From Chloroflexota bacterium (lineage in GTDB: Bacteria; Chloroflexota; Anaerolineae; Anaerolineales; UBA4823), in contig CP070764.1 of the NCBI GenBank assembly GCA_020349245.1, positions 2,770,723 through 2,834,722 on the forward strand: a stretch of DNA of 64,000 bases, in the 5' to 3' direction. Under the pieces are notes generated by a model. It ran no database searches. It was given only the letters and a program-made list of their open reading frames with translations, and had not been told where the DNA came from. A program made the translations under genes and the position numbers. The stretch's first letter is position 1. Each line of letters starts with the position of its first letter. Positions 59,153 through 64,000 of this stretch are shown here, one piece after another.

Positions 59153-59324
59153 CAACAGACCATCAGGTGAACAACTAGAGAGCGAGGAGGGATCCGCACT
59201 TTGCGACATAAATTATTAGGGTCTCTTTTTGTTGATTTCTGAATCTATGCTAGTTTCATCCAGGGGTTTTCTCACCAACCGATGTCCCTTCTGGCACCTG
59301 CCTGGGCGATGGGGAAATTCACCC

Positions 59325-59352
59325 TTGACATCCTCCAATATCCGGTTATAAT
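59325..59352 (+). promoter_or_regulatory. Sigma-70 promoter TTGACA-16-TATAAT
   Basis: ttgaca at 59325-59330 and tataat at 59347-59352, about 50 nt upstream of the 59404 start. Confidence 0.55.
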
Positions 59353-59403
59353 TTTGACAAAATATAGACAATATAATGATAATTCGTCGGGGACGATTTC
59401 CAA

Positions 59404-60153
59404 ATGAGACTTTTGCGGTTTTACCTGCTGTTCACCAGTATTTTTTCGATATTCTTCATCGTACCAATGGCTTCCGCTCACCGTCCGGATGAGGGAAACG
59501 AGACCGGGGTGACACAGATACAAGACCCAAACACCTCATTCGCTTATTACCGCGAGCTGGACAGCAATTCCCCGGTTCATGTGTACACCTTCGAAGGTCA
59601 GGCTGGACAGTTTTTCCATGCCGGGATCAACATCCCCCAAATAGAAGGTTTAGAGGACTACCAGGTTTCTTTTGCGATACTCGGACCTGGCTTGCCTAAA
59701 CTTGATAACCATACTCAAAACGATCAAACACCTACCCACGGCGAGCTAACAAGTGTTGAACATAAACCTGGGCTGGTGACCACCAACCTCCCCGTACCGG
59801 ATAATCTTAGCCTGGAGCAGATCGGCGGGTTGATCCTAGAAAACCGGATTGGGGAGGATTTTTTTGAGCCCTTCACCCAAACCCGTTACTGGGGACGGCA
59901 GGAACTGGATATCGATTTACCAGAGACCGGTAGATATTACCTGCTGGTATGGAATCCTGAAGGTTTAGCAGGAAAATATGTTCTTGATACGGGTACGCAG
60001 GAAGTATTTTCCCCCGCCGATCTGCTCCGTTTCCCCATCTGGTGGCTCAACACCAGGCTGTACTTCGAGCAAGGCCTTATCCTGATCGGCACCGCTTCAC
60101 TTTTGCTTATGTTTATTGCTGGTTTGGTGATTGTCCGGTCTCGCAAGGATTAA
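59404..60153 (+). CDS. Hypothetical secreted protein with a C-terminal TM anchor
   Basis: Signal peptide ending MASA followed by HRPDEG. The C-terminal helix is LILIGTASLLLMFIAGLVIV, followed by RSRKD. No family recognised. Confidence 0.6.
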   Translation: MRLLRFYLLFTSIFSIFFIVPMASAHRPDEGNETGVTQIQDPNTSFAYYRELDSNSPVHVYTFEGQAGQFFHAGINIPQIEGLEDYQVSFAILGPGLPKLDNHTQNDQTPTHGELTSVEHKPGLVTTNLPVPDNLSLEQIGGLILENRIGEDFFEPFTQTRYWGRQELDIDLPETGRYYLLVWNPEGLAGKYVLDTGTQEVFSPADLLRFPIWWLNTRLYFEQGLILIGTASLLLMFIAGLVIVRSRKD

Positions 60154-60594
60154 CTACTTTCTCTCAAATAAGCGTACGGTAATCCAGCAACATCCCCCAG
60201 CAATCTTCCCCAGAATCTTAGAAGGTATCAAGCACCCTGCGAAGAATAAAGATGGATCTAACCTAAGACAGCGCTGATTGCCAGCAAGCCCTGATACTTA
60301 TCCAACCATTGACAAAAATGTTTCTTGAGGTAACCCTGGAAACAAGCCTCTCCGGCTGTTTTTTGATCGCTGAACACATTAAATTGACCGAGAAAATACT
60401 CGCAAAATCTTATTTTGTCATAACTTATTTCACCCTGACTGTACAGATTGTCACTGATTATCGCGACCCGTAAAAATCAATTTCCAAAACATATACCTCC
60501 AAAGGTGTTAAATTTCTCGATCGAGGATATTTATCACTTGCGCAACCTCATGTTCTCCGCTATTCTTGATAAAGTTTTGCCAAGGAGGAGACCA

Positions 60595-61671
60595 ATGCCA
60601 CCTAACCCATACCAATTGCTTGCCCAGCGCCTCGACAGCCTGCCGAACGGCTTTCCACCCAGCCCAGATGGCCTGGAGATAAGATTGCTGGAGAGACTCT
60701 ACACCCCAGAAGAAGCAGCGCTGACTGCACTGCTTCGTTTAACCCTGGAGAATTCTCACCAGATCACGGCGAGGATCGGCGGTGATCATAAGCAGATTCG
60801 CGAGATGCTCAAAAGCATGGCAAAACGCGGCCTGATCAACGCTGGTCGGGTCGAAGGAGGCATAGGGTACGGGTTGCTGCCATTTGTCGTCGGAATTTAT
60901 GAATTGCAGGTGAACAATCTGGATGCAGAGCTGGCACAGCTCTTTGAACAGTATTACCAGCAATCCTTCGGACAGATGCTCAAAATCGAACCCGCTGTCC
61001 ACCGGGTCATCCCGGTTGGCGAGAGTGTCCAGGTGGATATGGAAATCCGCCCATATGAAAGTGCAGCAGACATCGTTCGCAATGCGAATGCCTGGGGAGT
61101 AGTGGAATGCATCTGCCGTAAACAAAAAACGCTGATTGGTGACCCCTGCGATCACCCGCTGGAAGTCTGCATGATGTTAAATAACCAACCCGGCGCTTTT
61201 GACAGCAGTTCCTACATCCGGGCCCTAACCCTGGATGAAGCGCTTCAGACCCTGCAAGTTGCCGCGGAAGCAGGTCTGGTGCACACGGTCAGCAACAATC
61301 AGCACGGCGAATCATATATCTGCAACTGCTGCACCTGCTCCTGTGGCATTCTGCGCGGAATCAGTGAGCTGGGCATCGCCAATGCTGTCGCACACTCGGC
61401 ATTTGTCAATTCAGTGGACGAAGAGCTGTGCCTGGCTTGTGAAGATTGCCTGGCATACTGCCAATTTGAAGCCTTGAGTATCGACTTGATCGCCCAGGTA
61501 GATCAACTTCGCTGTGTCGGCTGCGGCGTCTGTGTCCAGGCTTGCCCTGAAGATGCATTGATCCTCGTCCGCCGTCAAGAACCGGATGTCCTGCCTGTTC
61601 CTCGATCGAAATCCGAGTGGCTGCAGCAGCGTGCGTCTTTCCGGCAGATCGACCTGAACGAGGTTTTATAA
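60595..61671 (+). CDS. 4Fe-4S dicluster domain protein with an N-terminal winged-helix-like region
   Basis: AAGGAGG RBS before ATG 60595. Cys clusters: CICRKQ..C, CNCCTCSCG, CLACEDCLAYC, CVGCGVCVQACP. The track start 60448 is probably too early. Confidence 0.7.
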   Translation: MPPNPYQLLAQRLDSLPNGFPPSPDGLEIRLLERLYTPEEAALTALLRLTLENSHQITARIGGDHKQIREMLKSMAKRGLINAGRVEGGIGYGLLPFVVGIYELQVNNLDAELAQLFEQYYQQSFGQMLKIEPAVHRVIPVGESVQVDMEIRPYESAADIVRNANAWGVVECICRKQKTLIGDPCDHPLEVCMMLNNQPGAFDSSSYIRALTLDEALQTLQVAAEAGLVHTVSNNQHGESYICNCCTCSCGILRGISELGIANAVAHSAFVNSVDEELCLACEDCLAYCQFEALSIDLIAQVDQLRCVGCGVCVQACPEDALILVRRQEPDVLPVPRSKSEWLQQRASFRQIDLNEVL

Positions 61672-62242
61672 CGATAGCTGTAGATCATATCGTGAGTGGA
61701 GCAGTTCTTTAACGGCCTGGATAGATTTGGCAAGACCCTATTCAAAATCTCCGGTTTCCACAAATCCATATCCGTTGACGAGTTATGCATCCTGGCTGTG
61801 ATGCTCACTGTTCAGCTGTTTCATGATCTTGCTGGAAAATTTTCAAACCGTTCCAGCAGAAAAAGACGTTCAACGATCTTCGCCTTCGAAAGCCTGGGTT
61901 CCAATCATTTGAGACCATCCCAGCAGCAGTTAGCGTACCGGCTGCGATCCAGCCTGCCCGCGAAACACCCTCAACACACTTTGGAGAACAGAGAAAGGTT
62001 TCTCGGTCCAATGATTCGCAGACAGCCTTGCTGCAAATTTACCTTGCCTCTTTGTTCTCAACATAAGGAGAGTCCCAACTGTAGATCCAGGAGATCAGCA
62101 AATATTTCGGCTCCCTTGCGGCTCCTTTAGATTCATGCTGGACTTTGCCATAAATTCAGCCAATCTGGATTCTTATAAACTATTTACCTCGCACATGGTC
62201 CAGATATTCTATAATGGTAAGTTGCGTGAGAGAATAAGTGCA

Positions 62243-63808
62243 ATGTCAAGAATGAAGAAATCAGTTTATTTCGTCACCGCAGTCGTTATTCTACTGGTAC
62301 TGGTCGGGATTGTTTATTTCCTCTCCAATCCGAGACCGGTTGTAGATTCTGCACCAATGGGTGCTGAAAATACACCGCAGAGTACAAGATCGTTGGGTGA
62401 AACCATCGGCGCAACGGGAACTGTCAGCAGTAACCAATCTGCAGACCTTTCATGGAAGACTTCTGGCGTTGTCGGTGAAATTTACTTTAATGTAGGTGAC
62501 GTTGTGAAAGCAGGTGAGGTATTAGCCCACCTAGAACAGAATTCTCTATCGCCAATGGATATTCTTGCCCAGGCAGATCTCGTCGAAGCTCAAAAAGCTT
62601 TCGATGACCTCATCGAATCACATACCCAGCGTGCCAGTGCTCTGAAGGCTGTTGAGACTGCCCAGGAAGCACTCGATGATGCACTCAATCCCGAGCTGGC
62701 ACAAGCAGCTGCGCTTCAAGCGCTAAGCGAAGCAGAGAAAGATGTTGAGGAAGCCGAAAATAAGTTGGGAATTTTAACAGCCCCGGTATCCCAAGCAGTG
62801 CTTGACCAGGCCCAGGCAAATTTAGTACTTCTGGAAAAGAAGATCAATGACAACCAGGGGATGATCGATCGCATCCAGAAGAAATTAAATCGCCGTGATG
62901 AGCAGTTCAAGCCCTGGGAAAGCCGGAGCAGGTATAAAAAGCTTTTGGAGGTCTTGGAGATTCAGCACCTTCAACTGCACAATTCCTACGAGGACTCGAA
63001 GCAGAAATTCCTTGATTTGCAGAACCCCCCAGATCCGATTGATGCCACCCTGGCAGAAGCGAATTTACAAAATGCCCAGGCCGAACTTCTCGAAGCAAAA
63101 AGAGAATGGGAACGCATCAAGGATGGGCCGAGCTCGGCAGATATCGCCTTGCTAGAAGCCCAATTGACTGACGCCCGGCGTGAATGGGAACGGGTAAAGG
63201 ACGGTCCCGCTGAGGAGGACCTTGCAATAGCACAGGCACGTATAGCTGCTGCAAAGGCTGCTCTTGAGAGGATAGTGATCGTGGCACCTTTTTCCGGTAC
63301 AATCACCGAAGTTTACATCCAGGTAAATGACCAGGTAGGCCCTGGAACACCTGCTTTCCGCCTGGATGACTTATCTCAGCTCTGGGTAGAAGTTGGCGTC
63401 TCCGAAATTGATATCAATCGAGTCAAGATTGGACAACCAGTCTTCTTAACTTTTGACGGTATCCTGGCCAAGGAATATCAAGGAGAGGTTGCAGAGGTAT
63501 CCCCGGTTGGCACGATAAGCCTCGGGGTGGTTGACTTCGAGGTAAAGGTCGTACTATCAAATGCAGATAGAGATGTCCGCCCGGGAATGACCGCCGCGGT
63601 AGAGATCCAGGCAAGCCAGGATCGTGAAGCACTGCTTGACTCCAGCAAAGAAGCTGTTTCTATGGTTGGTCAAAACATACTGAATCCACATGGAAGCTTG
63701 AAACTTGGGGAACACACCTCCCTTGTGGTTTCAAAAATATACTCCTTGCGTTTGGATAACCATCTCTCTGCTGGGAATTCAGGTTTCGCTAATCCAACCT
63801 GGTTATGA
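62243..63808 (+). CDS. HlyD/MacA-family periplasmic adaptor (membrane fusion protein) with a long coiled coil
   Basis: N-terminal TM (VYFVTAVVILLVLVGIVYF), biotinyl-lipoyl-like halves (GEIYFNVGDVVKAGEVLAHLE ... APFSGTITEVYIQVNDQV), an extended coiled coil, and a beta-barrel (RPGMTAAVEI). The start is 62243 or 62252. Confidence 0.8.
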   Translation: MSRMKKSVYFVTAVVILLVLVGIVYFLSNPRPVVDSAPMGAENTPQSTRSLGETIGATGTVSSNQSADLSWKTSGVVGEIYFNVGDVVKAGEVLAHLEQNSLSPMDILAQADLVEAQKAFDDLIESHTQRASALKAVETAQEALDDALNPELAQAAALQALSEAEKDVEEAENKLGILTAPVSQAVLDQAQANLVLLEKKINDNQGMIDRIQKKLNRRDEQFKPWESRSRYKKLLEVLEIQHLQLHNSYEDSKQKFLDLQNPPDPIDATLAEANLQNAQAELLEAKREWERIKDGPSSADIALLEAQLTDARREWERVKDGPAEEDLAIAQARIAAAKAALERIVIVAPFSGTITEVYIQVNDQVGPGTPAFRLDDLSQLWVEVGVSEIDINRVKIGQPVFLTFDGILAKEYQGEVAEVSPVGTISLGVVDFEVKVVLSNADRDVRPGMTAAVEIQASQDREALLDSSKEAVSMVGQNILNPHGSLKLGEHTSLVVSKIYSLRLDNHLSAGNSGFANPTWL

Positions 63809-63886
63809 ATTAAAAATCGAACTACCTGTTCTGTAAATCCTCAATGATGAATAGAGCAGGGGAAGTCATGAGGTGAAGTAAAAAAG

Positions 63887-64000
63887 ATGAAAAGAGCAAT
63901 ATGGATTATCGGAATCCTTGTCATTTTGATTGGTGCGTTCTTCGCCTACCGCGCCTATTCAGCTTCGAGGAGTGCCCAAGCTGCCAAAGAAAATCTACAA
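63887..64000 (+). CDS. Second membrane-fusion-protein-like gene (3' end truncated by the window)
   Basis: MKRAIWIIGILVILIGAFFAYRAYSASRSAQAAKENLQ is an N-terminal TM anchor typical of HlyD-family adaptors. Only 38 codons are visible. Confidence 0.4.
   Translation, partial: MKRAIWIIGILVILIGAFFAYRAYSASRSAQAAKENLQ

Noticed and set aside
61696-62130. 144-aa plus-strand ORF (and 61805-62011 minus strand)
   Set aside because: It is Arg/Ser/Cys/Pro-rich and low-complexity, with no RBS or motifs. I treat it as non-coding or decayed sequence; see the finding on 61672-62242.
1-64000. Search for CRISPR arrays, transposases/integrases, prophage genes and rRNA
   Set aside because: By eye I found no regularly spaced 25-40-nt repeats. 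I found no DDE/tyrosine-recombinase-like ORFs and no rRNA-like segments. The only tRNA found is tRNA-Trp. This inspection was manual, so short or degenerate elements could be missed.

Overview
Bacterial chromosomal window of about 50% GC with AT-rich intergenic regions. Gene content and a Cheo-type LexA box suggest a Chloroflexota-like monoderm, but the taxon cannot be confirmed without a database search.

The first third (1-21.1 kb) is the core transcription/translation locus in an unusual order: rpoC (5' end cut by the window edge), an ECF sigma / zinc anti-sigma / beta-helix membrane protein module, convergent era, then rpoB-rpsL-rpsG-fusA-tuf-rpmG-tRNA-Trp-secE-nusG-rplK-rplA-rplJ-rplL. 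So rpoC lies upstream of rpoB and is unlinked from it.

The rest is mixed housekeeping and accessory genes:
- four OmpR/histidine-kinase pairs
- a divergent gene pair (membrane protein / SLT lytic transglycosylase) whose two promoters each carry a GAAC-N4-GTTC LexA box
- HIT, NUDIX and SDR genes
- a translationally coupled NurA / standalone HAS-barrel protein / HerA ATPase operon that continues into a BNR-propeller gene and the SDR gene
- an orphan pair of Opp/Dpp-type ABC permeases, one fused to TPR repeats and a duplicated extracellular beta-propeller
- GNAT, endonuclease V, pckA and a eukaryote-style tandem-fused 6-phosphofructokinase
- a Fur-family/metal ABC uptake operon with a 7-1-7 box
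- a 2Fe-2S + molybdopterin oxidoreductase pair
- three adjacent secreted proteins sharing a ~105-aa Cys-containing domain (4 copies) around a second ECF sigma
- a Fe-S protein and two HlyD-type adaptor genes

No rRNA, CRISPR array, transposase, integrase or phage gene was recognised. All calls come from reading the sequence and the ORF translations. No homology search was run.
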